A stretch of 63,265 nt of DNA, counting the filler, from Octopus bimaculoides (taxonomy: Eukaryota): assembly GCF_001194135.2 (NCBI RefSeq). It is 5 parts of 5 records of this genome, joined end to end, with 100 filler letters (N's around TTAATTAATTAA, not from the genome) between each part and the next. Parts side by side here need not be neighbours in the genome. Positions count along the whole stretch, not along the records: positions 26,030 to 43,267 come from NC_068985.1; positions 43,368 to 44,735 come from NC_069005.1; positions 44,836 to 60,955 come from NC_068997.1; 2 more parts are not named here. The stretch is one strand, 5' to 3'. The notes beneath the pieces were generated by a model. That model ran no database searches. It was not told the origin of the DNA and worked only from the letters and a program-made list of their open reading frames with translations. The translations under genes were made by a program, and so were the position numbers. Shown here one piece after another: positions 34,852 through 45,480 of this stretch (within the stretch, counting starts at the first letter, position 1; every line of letters begins with the position of its first letter).

Positions 34852-35090
34852 ATGGCGTAGTGGTTAAGAGCACAGGCTACTAACCCCAAGATTCCAAGTT
34901 TGATTCTAGGCAGTGACCTGAATAATAATAATAATAATAATAACAACAACATCCAAAAGTACCTTAGGAATGAGAACCCAGGTTCAAAATTTCCCCAAGA
35001 CAGCTGATGAAGGTTGGAGGGTATATCAGCCGAAACGGTGTTAACAACAAACAAGGTGAGGACAAATATCCATCAAATGTAGATAATGTA
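34852..35090 (+). mobile_element. tRNA-headed SINE with (AAT)n middle and hammerhead-type tail (family D)
   Basis: A box TGGCGTAGTGG, B box GTTTGATTC, (AAT)n, then GACAG-CTGATGA-A-GGTTG-loop-CAGCC-GAAAC at 34999-35042. Two nt are missing at the cleavage triplet relative to the other copies. Confidence 0.75.
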
Positions 35091-35794
35091 GAAAAGAATA
35101 TAACCATCACTTGGAAGGAAGTGTGACTTGGTTGTGAGTACCAAGGTTTACTAATTGTTTTTGGTGCCTAAGATCAGACATAGATATCTCCGTGGCCCTC
35201 CCAAATTTGACTCATCAAGGAGGTGGCGGCTTAGGCTGATACTCATTTTCAGCCAAGTAAGTAAAGTGGACCACTGTAAAATGAAATACTTTGTTCAAGG
35301 ACTCAATACACTGCCCAGTGTAAGAACTGAGTCCATGATATTATGGTCAAGAGGCCAACTTTCTAATCTACTGGACCACAAGCTTTCACGTGATAATCAG
35401 GTATAGTATATAAAGATTCACAATCAAGGGTGAAGGATCAACATACTCCAAGAGATAATCCAACAGTTTAATGCAATCCAAGAAGTAATCCCTTTTGTTA
35501 TTGTATTTATTTTGAGATGCTCTGTGTTTCTTTCAATTAATTCTAAACATAACAAAGAATTTAGTAAAATAACTTTATTATCATTAAGCTAGTGTCAGAA
35601 ACATAAATTGTGACAAAGGTTTGGTGGAAGATTCATAATTCGGAACTTATGAAAACAAGACAATTGTACTACAGAGCCAGAAGCAGTTTCAACCAGGTTG
35701 GTATCGAAAGAATTAAATTAATCATTAGTTAACTCTTTTGTTACCATATTTCTGTTGGGATGCTCTGTGTTTCTTTCAATTAATTCTAAATATA

Positions 35795-36222
35795 CCGTAA
35801 ATCCTCAAGTATAATCCGCAGTTTTTTCCCAAAATTTAAAGGTCAAAATTTCTAGTGCGTACTATATACGAGGTTAAAAATGAAAAATATTTTCTAAGCA
35901 AAATTTTCTAAGTGATAAATATGTAAAGGCAATTTACTTAATATTTATTTTTCACTGATGTTATTACTGTTATTTCTTTATTTTCTACAAAGTACACAAA
36001 AAAGCTACACGTTTGCATTATGTTATATATACAATTTATACAATTTATAAAGGATGTTACCGCATATACGTTTACAAACCAAGGACGTTATATAGACATC
36101 CTTGACTCAAGTTAGAGAAGGGGTGCGTATTATACACAAGGTTCAGGATTTTCAGAGGTACAGCCCCCTAAAAATCCCCTGCGTATTATACTCAAGGGTG
36201 GACTATACTCGAGGATTTACGG
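35795..36222. mobile_element. Tc1/mariner-superfamily MITE with TA TSD nested in piggyBac-like MITE copy 2
   Basis: TIR CCGTAAATCCTC(A/G)AGTATA(A/G)TCC; TA at 35793-35794 and 36223-36224. The empty site is visible in copy 1 (ctaaacataacaaag). Confidence 0.9.
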
Positions 36223-36443
36223 TAACAAAGAATTTAGTAAAACAACTTTATTATCATTAAGCTGATGTTAGGAACACAAATTGTGACTAAGGTTTTGTGG
36301 AAAACAACTTATGAAAAACAAGACATTTGTACTACAGAGTCAGAGACAGGTTGATAACAAAAGGGTTAAATTAATCATTTGTTAACCCTTTTGTAACCAT
36401 ATTTCTATTAAGATGCTCTGTGTTTCTTTCAATTAATTCTAAA

Positions 36444-37337
36444 TCATCATCATCATCATCATCATCGTTTAACGTCCGCTTTCCATGCTAGCATGGGTTG
36501 GACGATTTGACTGAGGACTGGTGAAACCGGATGGCAACACCAGGCTCCAGTCTGATTTGGCAGAGTTTCTACAGCTGGATGCCCTTCCTAACGCCAACCA
36601 CTCAGAGAGTGTAGTGGGTGCTTTTACGTGTCACCCGCNNNNNNNNNNNNNNNNNNNNNNNNNNNNNNNNNNNNNNNNNNNNNNNNNNNNNNNNNNNNNN
36701 NNNNNNNNNNNNNNNNNNNNNNNNNNNNNNNNNNNNNNNNNNNNNNNNNNNNNNNNNNNNNNNNNNNNNNNNNNNNNNNNNNNNNNNNNNNNNNNNNNNN
36801 NNNNNNNNNNNNNNNNNNNNNNNNNNNNNNNNNNNNNNNNNNNNNNNNNNNNNNNNNNNNNNNNNNNNNNNNNNNNNNNNNNNNNNNNNNNNNNNNNNNN
36901 NNNNNNNNNNNNNNNNNNNNNNNNNNNNNNNNNNNNNNNNNNNNNNNNNNNNNNNNNNNNNNNNNNNNNNNNNNNNNNNNNNNNNNNNNNNNNNNNNNNN
37001 NNNNNNNNNNNNNNNNNNNNNNNNNNNNNNNNNNNNNNNNNNNNNNNNNNNNNNNNNNNGGTTGTTCGTACGCATGCGTCATACAGTCTGCCTTTTACTC
37101 TGAGTGAGAGTCCCTTTGTCGCCAGCAGGGGTAAGAGCTCTCTAAACTTTGCCCAGGCTATTCTTATTCTAGCAGCTACACTTTCAGCGCACCCACCCCC
37201 ACTACTAACTTGGTCGCCCATATAGCGGAAGCTATCGACTACCTCTAGTTTTTCACCCTGGAATGAGATAGAAGTTGTTTCCTGTTTGTTTGCAGTCTTT
37301 ATTGCACCTGAACATCTGCCACAAACAAAACAAAAAA
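36444..37337 (-). mobile_element. 5'-truncated RTE LINE (RT end + 3' UTR + (GAT)n tail) inserted in a piggyBac-like MITE
   Basis: GEKLEVVDSFRYMGDQVSSGGGCAESVAARIRIAWAKFRELLPLL...KGRLYDACVRT. The 3' UTR matches 17080-17260. Internal N gap. Confidence 0.88.
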
Positions 37338-40300
37338 TATAACAAAGAATTTGGTAAAATAACTTTGTTATCATTAAGCTAGTGTTAGGAACATAAATTG
37401 TGACTAAGGTTTGATGGAAAACAACTTATGAAAACAAGACATTTGTACTACAGAACCAGAGGTGGTTTCAGCTGGGTTTGGTATCGAAAGGGTTAAGATA
37501 ATCCAAGAATTGAATACTCCAAGGTATTAATTGGATGAATGTGGAAGGACCATGTGACTATGCAATAACAGACAAATTCAAATACAAAGACAACAGAAGT
37601 CCAAGGAATGTTAACTCTAAATATTAGTTTGAGTCTCAAAGAAAAGATATAATGTTAAAGTTAGGAGTAAAAATGCTGCCTTATTTCTGTAGAATACCAT
37701 ATGGTTTCAAATTTTGGCACAAGGCTAGCAATTTGGGGGTTTGGAGTAAGTCAATTATATCAACCCCAGGGCTGAACTGGTACTTATTTTATTGAACCCA
37801 AAATGCAGAAAGGCAGAATGTGAAGATAGATGAAATGCCTCTAAGCATTTTGCTTGGCATGCTAACGATTCTGCCAGCTCTTTGCTTCATTCTCTAGAAT
37901 ACTACACTGGTTTCAAATTTTGATATAAGGCCTGTCATTTTTGGGAATGGGGATAAATTGATTGTATTAATCTCCAATGCTCAACTGGTACTTATTTATC
38001 AAGGCTGAAAGAATCATGGTAATGATTCTGCCAGGTCACCGCCTTATTCTGTAGAATGCTATATCCAAAATGTAATGTGAATGTTATTNNNNNNNNNNNN
38101 NNNNNNNNNNNNNNNNNNNNNNNNNNNNNNNNNNNNNNNNNNNNNNNNNNNNNNNNNNNNNNNNNNNNNNNNNNNNNNNNNNNNNNNNNNNNNNNNNNNN
38201 NNNNNNNNNNNNNNNNNNNNNNNNNNNNNNNNNNNNNNNNNNNNNNNNNNNNNNNNNNNNNNNNNNNNNNNNNNNNNNNNNNNNNNNNNNNNNNNNNNNN
38301 NNNNNNNNNNNNNNNNNNNNNNNNNNNNNNNNNNNNNNNNNNNNNNNNNNNNNNNNNNNNNNNNNNNNNNNNNNNNNNNNNNNNNNNNNNNNNNNNNNNN
38401 NNNNNNNNNNNNNNNNNNNNNNNNNNNNNNNNNNNNNNNNNNNNNNNNNNNNNNNNNNNNNNNNNNNNNNNNNNNNNNNNNNNNNNNNNNNNNNNNNNNN
38501 NNNNNNNNNNNNNNNNNNNNNNNNNNNNNNNNNNNNNNNNNNNNNNNNNNNNNNNNNNNNNNNNNNNNNNNNNNNNNNNNNNNNNNNNNNNNNNNNNNNN
38601 NNNNNNNNNNNNNNNNNNNNNNNNNNNNNNNNNNNNNNNNNNNNNNNNNNNNNNNNNNNNNNNNNNNNNNNNNNNNNNNNNNNNNNNNNNNNNNNNNNNN
38701 NNNNNNNNNNNNNNNNNNNNNNNNNNNNNNNNNNNNNNNNNNNNNNNNNNNNNNNNNNNNNNNNNNNNNNNNNNNNNNNNNNNNNNNNNNNNNNNNNNNN
38801 NNNNNNNNNNNNNNNGCCAGTGCTGCATGAAAGCACTCATTACATTCTGTAAAGTGGTTGGTGTTAGGAAAGGCATCCAGCTGTAGAAACCATATCAAAA
38901 GAGATATGGGTCCTGGCCAGCTGCTGTCAAACCGTCCAACCCATGCCAGCATGGAAAGCAGACATTAAATGATGATGATGATGGTGTTTTAAGTAAATCT
39001 CGTCTTGGCATTACATGATAGTTGTAAATCTTCATACAAGCGATGTTTATTCTCTGATTAAAGTGAAAAACATGCCCCACCAGAAGGAAAAGTTACGTTA
39101 CTTAGGAACAAGTGAGGGTTGGGGACAGAAAAGGTATCCAGCTGTAGAATCTGCTTCAACAAATTCTATTTGATCCTTAAAAGCATGAAAAAGTGAACAT
39201 TAAATGGTGATAATGATGATAACACTATTGTTAGCTACTTTGGAAAGTCTTTTTTCAACACCTTTCTGAACAGATGTTTCATTGTTGTGACATGTTTGTT
39301 TATATTAGACCAATTTTATCAAATATGTTACACAGTCTTGGCTGTGTGGTTAAGAAGCTTGTTTCCTAACCACGTGTGACACCTGGTGTAAATGATTTAT
39401 ACTATAATCCCAGGCTGATTAAAACCTTGTGAATGGATTTGGTAGACAGAAACCGAAAGAACTCCGACATACACACATGTGTATGTGTGTTTGTTGGTAG
39501 TAAGCAACGACTCACTGATTACGAATTCTTTCTGTAACTATGTCCAGGTTATTTGTTGTTCAAAAGACTGGGAGATTATTATAAAATGTGGAAATAAGTG
39601 AGGGTTGGCATTTACCCACAGAAAACTCTGTCTCAACATATTCTTGTCTAACCTATACAAGCATGGGAAAATAGGCGCTAAAATGATGATAATGATGTCA
39701 TGACATTTCAGTTTTGTGTTTCAGGTCAACATTTTGAAAACAAATATACTTGGTAAATAACCAAGGTTTCTATTTTATGCAACCGTTATATGGATTTTAA
39801 CAAAAAATATAATAAATCAATTTGATACTTTCCGGTTTCACTTTGTTCATCATCATCATCATTGCTTGACATCTGTCATGGGTTGGTTGGTTCTACAGGA
39901 TCTGACAACCTAGAGGACTGTGTTGCACTGCAATATTGATTATTGTAGATACATCATTCAATGTCTATGGTTTTTATACTAGGCACATAGAGAATATATT
40001 CTGTTATGTCTAAAAACCACAGCTAACCTATGAACTAACAACAGACATACCCTGTGTATGTGTTTCCGATTTTGCTTACATATATAGTCAAAGCATGTAG
40101 CCTAGTGGCTAGGGTGTTGCCCTTGTGATCGCAACATTGTAGTTTCAATCCCCAGACCAGTAGTGTACTGTTATCTTGAGCAAAATACTTCCTTTCATGT
40201 TGCCCCAGTCCTCACTGCTGTAAATGGGTGACCCTGAAATGAACTGGCATTCTGTTCAGGTGGAATGTTGGTCTGTCCTTGCCAGCAGAGTAGCATCACT

Positions 40301-40413
40301 CAAAAGCTACAACAACTCAAGGAAGCGCATTGTGACCAGTGGTATAAGACAAGATCTAATAGTCTTATTGATACAGCAATATAGCTATTTCTCTCTCTCT
40401 CTCTCAATATATA

Positions 40414-40564
40414 AATAATAACAATGATCCTTGGATGGAATTTATCACTCTGCATATTTCCACAAATCACGTCTCTTAAGATCACAGTCCGTATTCCTAG
40501 GATGAATGCATGTAGTGATGCATTAAATGTTTATGAATTCCATCCAAAGACTATTGTTATTATT
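40414..40564. mobile_element. Small decayed MITE-like inverted repeat
   Basis: About 29-bp terminal inverted repeats AATAATAACAAT..TC.TTGGATGGAATT with 3 mismatches. Confidence 0.5.
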
Positions 40565-40754
40565 ACTATATCTATTCTACGTTATATCGGTACAGCTCGA
40601 TTTAACCCCAAAAAACTGGTTCACCAGTCAGCACCATCAGACTGTGGTTGCCATAAGGCAAAAACTTTCCTGTAAACAAATGTAATATATATCCCTCTCT
40701 CTCTCTCTTTCGGAGAGGCACAAGCACATACACAGACATATACACATGCGGCAG

Positions 40755-40897
40755 TAACTTCCACTGACCAAATTCAATCACAAAGCTTTGGTCGGCCCGA
40801 GGCTATAGCAGAAGACACTTGCCCAAGGTGCCATGTGGTGGGACTGAACCCGAAACCATGTAGCTGGGAAGCAAGCTTCCTAACCACACAGTCATGC

Positions 40898-40954
<57 letters not shown>

Positions 40955-41110
40955 TGCAGGAGCGGCTGTGTGTAAGTAGCTTGCTTACCAGCCTCATGGT
41001 TCTGGGTTCAGTCCCACTGTGTGGCACTTAGGGCAAGTGTCTTCTACTATAGCCTCGGGCTGACCAAAGCCTTGTGAGTGGATTTCGTAGATGGAAACTG
41101 AAAGAAGCCC
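40755..41110. mobile_element. Head-to-head pair of 5' halves of the major SINE around a (TA)n tract
   Basis: About 40755-40898 (-) and 40953-41110 (+). Confidence 0.8.
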
Positions 41111-42749
41111 ATCAAACATGATGGAAGGACAGTAACATGTTAACCATCATGGCCTGTAACTGGCGGTTGTGTGAAGTTAAGCAGTGAACCACTGGTGGTA
41201 TATGTAGTGGTTAACGTGTTAATGCAAGATAGTGTCGGAGGCATTATTCAGGTTTTAAGTATGGTACTGTGGGATGCAGGTTTCTGTTTTCCCCTTTGCA
41301 AAATGAACATGAATTTGATATTTGGAAAGTTTGGGACACAAACTTCATATGAGAAATATTTCTAGATGCATTATAAATAACTTTAAACAACTTCAAAGAA
41401 CACTATATAGAAAAAGCTGCTATGACTTGGAATTTTCAAGTGTTTGAAATGCACATAGCATGTATAATGGTCAGAACTGCCGTATAAAAAGCACTGGTTG
41501 TTGCTGGTACCACATAAAAAAAACACCCAACACACTCTGTAAAGTGGTTGGCATTAGGAAGGACATCTAACTGTAGAAACCAAGCACCAACAGACAATGG
41601 AACCTTGTGAAGTTTCTGGCAAACCATCCAACCCATGCCAGCATGGAAAACAGACGCTAAATGATGATGATGAGTTAATAATTTCCAAGAAAATCTTTCT
41701 TTAAATATTATGAGTATATTTTGCAAAAACTTATATATATATATATCATTATCTTATGATATTTACTTTGTATTATATTATACTTATTTATTGTGCTTTT
41801 ACTTATTAATTTGTCTATGTGTGACAGTGGATTTTCATCGATGAGTTCATGAACCTTGGTTCTTTTCCCTAAAATTATATATTTATATTTTATACAGTGA
41901 AACTTAATTTGATTTTAATTTTTAATAAACTGAATTTAATTGAGTTTTTACCTGTAAATTTGGATTTTTATCCCTAATATTATTATTATTATTATATGTG
42001 TGTGTGTGTGTGTATCATCATCTAACCTGCTGGCAAGAGTTAGACAGGGACTAGCAAGCCAGAGGGTTGCATCAGGTGCCAGTCATCTGTTTTGGCATGG
42101 TTTCTATGGTTGGATGCCCTTCCTAACGCCAACCACTTTACAGAGTGTATTGGGTGCTTTTACATGGCACCAGCACAGGTAATTTCTATGTGGTAGAGGC
42201 AGTCATTGACACACATAATGGGCTTCTTCCAGTTTCAATCTGCCCAATCCACTGAGAAAGCTTTGGTCAGCCAGAGGCTATAGTCGATGACATCTGCCAA
42301 AGGTGCCATGCAGTGGGACTGAACTCCTGATCACATGGTTAGGAAGCAATCTTCTCAACCACATATCCAAGCTTGTGCAGTGATACGGTACCACTTTCAA
42401 ATATCTTGTAGCTGCCACAATTTTTGTTTCATCAGATTTTTAATCTACTTTACTGGTTTGTTTACAATCAACAAATACTGTAATATATTTGGAACAGTTG
42501 AAGATTCCTCATTTTTCATAGAGAACTATACAATCTACTACGAGATATGGGAAATAACTAAAACAACTAACATTATATAAATGTGAAGGCAACACATGGA
42601 AGATTAAACATCAACTGAACCAAGTTCTGTTATTTGAGAATATTTTTTATCTTTCATGTGTTATTTCCCTTTGACAAGTTTTGTTTAATATGTTTAATAC
42701 AGGCATGGCTTCCCAACCTCGGTCCATTGTCATTTCTTCCCATAAGCCC

Positions 42750-42915
42750 CAACAGTCCTCACCACTTCATCTATGCCTTCCTAGGTCGCCTTCTTTCACA
42801 AGTACTAACCATTTTCAGTGACCGGTACTTCTTTATACAGCTGTCTTCATTGATACGCATCACATGTCCAAACCAACATAGTCTTCTGTCTAGCAAGCTG
42901 CGTTTGATTCCTCGG
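42750..42915 (-). mobile_element. Decayed RTE C-terminal fragment
   Basis: Minus strand RRLCWFGHVMRINEDSCIKK...RRRPRK, followed by stops. Confidence 0.7.
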
Positions 42916-42954
42916 CACTATCACGCTATTAGATGTCAGAAGTGAAAGTAGTCG

Positions 42955-43095
42955 CTGTCTGTCTGCCTGTCTGCCTGCATGCCTGTTGCTGCTCTGTCAG
43001 CCTGCTTGCCTGTCTGCCTGCATGCCTGCTGCTGGCCTGTCTGCCTGCTTGCCTGCTGAGCTATCTGTGTGTCCGTCTGTCTGTCTGTCTGCTGG
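42955..43095. repeat. Degenerate (GCCT/GTCT)n tetranucleotide repeat
   Basis: Visible directly. Confidence 0.8.
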
Positions 43096-43367
43096 TTTGA
43101 GTTGATACTTTGGCTTACTTACTGATATCTATCTACTATGTATCTATCTATCAATTATTAGAAAACACAAATTTAATATAAAAACATATTTCCTGAAATT
43201 GCAAATTATTTAAAATATAAAAATATAATTTTCAACAGAGAGAATTTATCAAAATAGAAAACAAATGNNNNNNNNNNNNNNNNNNNNNNNNNNNNNNNNN
43301 NNNNNNNNNNNTTAATTAATTAANNNNNNNNNNNNNNNNNNNNNNNNNNNNNNNNNNNNNNNNNNNN

Positions 43368-43896
43368 AGGGAGAGAGAGGGGGAGAGTGAGAGAGAAAGC
43401 AAGAAAAGAGGAGGGAGACGGAGAGAAGAGAGAGAGAGAGAGAGAAGGAGAGATAGAGAAAAAGAGACAGAGAGAGAAAGAAAGACAGAGAGAGAAAGAA
43501 AGACAGAGAGAGAAAGAAAGACAGAGAGAGAAAGAGAGCGAGAGAGAGGGAGAGAGAGAGAAAGCATGAATGAAAGAGAGAGAGGGAGAGGAGGGAGAGA
43601 AGAGAGAGAGAGAAAGAGAGAGAGAGAAAGAGAGAGAGAGAAAGAGAGAGAGAGAAAGAGAGAGAGAGAAAGAGAGAGAGAGAAAGAGAGAGAGAGAAAG
43701 AGAGAGAGAGAAAGAGAGAGAGATAAAGAGAGAGAGATAAAGAGAGAGAGAGAGAGAGAAAGAGAGAGAAAGAGAGTCAGAGAGAGGAAGAGAGAGAGAG
43801 AGAAAGAGAGAGAAGGAGAGATAGAGAAAAAGAGACAGAGAGAGAAAGAAAGACAGAGAGAGAAAGAGAGAGAGAGAGATAAAGAGAGAGAGAGAA

Positions 43897-43929
<33 letters not shown>

Positions 43930-44448
43930 AAGAGAGACAGAGAGAGAAACAGAGAGAGAGAGAGAGAGAGAGAAAGAAAGGGAGAGAGAAAGAGAGAGAG
44001 AAAGAGAGCGAGAGAGAGGGGGAGAGAGAGAAAGCATGAATGAAAGAGAGAGAGGGAGAGGAGGGAGAGAAGAGAGAGAGAGAAAGAGAGATCGAGAAAG
44101 AGAGAGAGAGAAAGAGAGATCGAGAAAGAGAGAGAGAGAAAGAGAGATCGAGAAAGAGAGAGAGAGAAAGAGAGAGAGAGAAAGACAGAGAGATAAAGAG
44201 AGAGAGAGAAAGAAAAAGAGAGAGAAAGAGAGTCAGAGAGAGGAAGAGAGAGAGAGAGAGAAAGACAGCGAGAGAGAAGGAGAGATAGAGAAAAAGAGAT
44301 CGAGAAAGAGAGAGAGAGAAAGAGAGATCGAGAAAGAGAGAGAAAGAAAGACAGAGAGAGAAAGAGAGAGAGAGAGAGATAAAGAGAGAGAGAGAGAAAG
44401 AGAGAGAGATAGAAAGAGAGACAGAGAGAGAAAGAGAGAGAGAGAGAA

Positions 44449-44499
<51 letters not shown>

Positions 44500-44504
44500 G
44501 AGAG
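43368..44504 (+). repeat. About 1.1-kb polypurine (GA)n-derived satellite with ~460-bp higher-order periodicity
   Basis: Landmarks recur: AAAGCATGAATG at 43561 and 44031; AGTCAG at 43775 and 44231. Confidence 0.9.
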
Positions 44505-45065
44505 CTTCTGTGTTTTGCAGTGCAAGATTCGCCAAGTCTAAAAGGGCTCCGGCTTAGAACATTCATAGATTCTTTACGTGTGTGATATAATGGCCAGGCG
44601 AGATAACTCTCTTTGAATCCCATCGAAGCGACTCAATACCCGATGGGATGAAACGTGAGTTACATGGATTGGTGATGGCTACCACGTGGGTTTAAACCAG
44701 CTGCTTTTAATGAATGCATCTCAAAAATGTGTTCTNNNNNNNNNNNNNNNNNNNNNNNNNNNNNNNNNNNNNNNNNNNNTTAATTAATTAANNNNNNNNN
44801 NNNNNNNNNNNNNNNNNNNNNNNNNNNNNNNNNNNGCAATAGAGAGGAGGCAGGGGGCACTTGCATATGGTTCTTCTACTCTGCACTATACCAGTCTTAT
44901 CATAAGACAAGATTCTCTTGACAAGGAGGACAAAGTGGAACAAGCTAATGTTGGAAGTGCTGAGGTAGGTTATGGTGGCCTTCCTCGATGTCTTCCTCCA
45001 ATCTCAATATTTAATTTCATTTTTCTCAGTTCTGCTTGTCTATAACAGAAACAATCATAACAACA

Positions 45066-45225
45066 GGCGCAGGAGTGGCTGTGTGGTAAGTAGCTTGCTT
45101 ACCAACCACATAGTTCCAGGTTCAGTCCCACTGTGTGGCACCTTGGGCAAGTATCTCCTATTATAACCTTGGGTAGATCAAGGCCTTGTGAGTGGATTTG
45201 GTAGAAAGAAACTGAAAGAAGCCCG

Positions 45226-45270
<45 letters not shown>

Positions 45271-45480
45271 TGTGTGTTGGTGTTTGTCCACCCCACCATC
45301 GCTTGATAATTGATGCTGGTGTGTTTACGCCCCCATAACTTAGCGGCTCAGCATAAGTGATCCGATAGAATAAGTACTAGGCTTACAATGAATAAGTCCT
45401 GGAGTCGATTTGTTCGACTAAAAGCAGTGCTCCAGCATGGCCGCAGTCAAATGACTGAAACAAGTAAAAGAATAAAAGAA
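45066..45480 (+). mobile_element. Major ~400-bp SINE, full copy
   Basis: GGCGCAGGAGTGGCTGTGTGGTAAG...GGTTCAGTCCCA...CCTTGGGCAAG...TGACTGAAACAAGTAAAAGAATAAAAGA. Confidence 0.9.

Larger units (their letters stand above)
35489..37492. mobile_element. Tandem array of three piggyBac-like MITEs (35489-35712, 35733-36365, 36386-37492)
   Basis: TTAA-CCCTTT...AAAGGG-TTAA termini; units separated by the 12-bp spacer ATTAATCATT(A/T)G. Copies 2 and 3 carry nested insertions. Confidence 0.8.

Noticed and set aside
34852-34912. tRNA gene (also the heads near 23580-23640 and 45066-45130)
   Set aside because: Only the A and B boxes are tRNA-like. There is no acceptor stem, and they continue into SINE bodies.
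43316-44623. Long ORFs (435 aa Ser/Leu-rich, 401 aa, and the Glu/Arg-rich reverse ORFs)
   Set aside because: These are translations of a (GA)n/(TC)n satellite, which lacks stop codons by composition.
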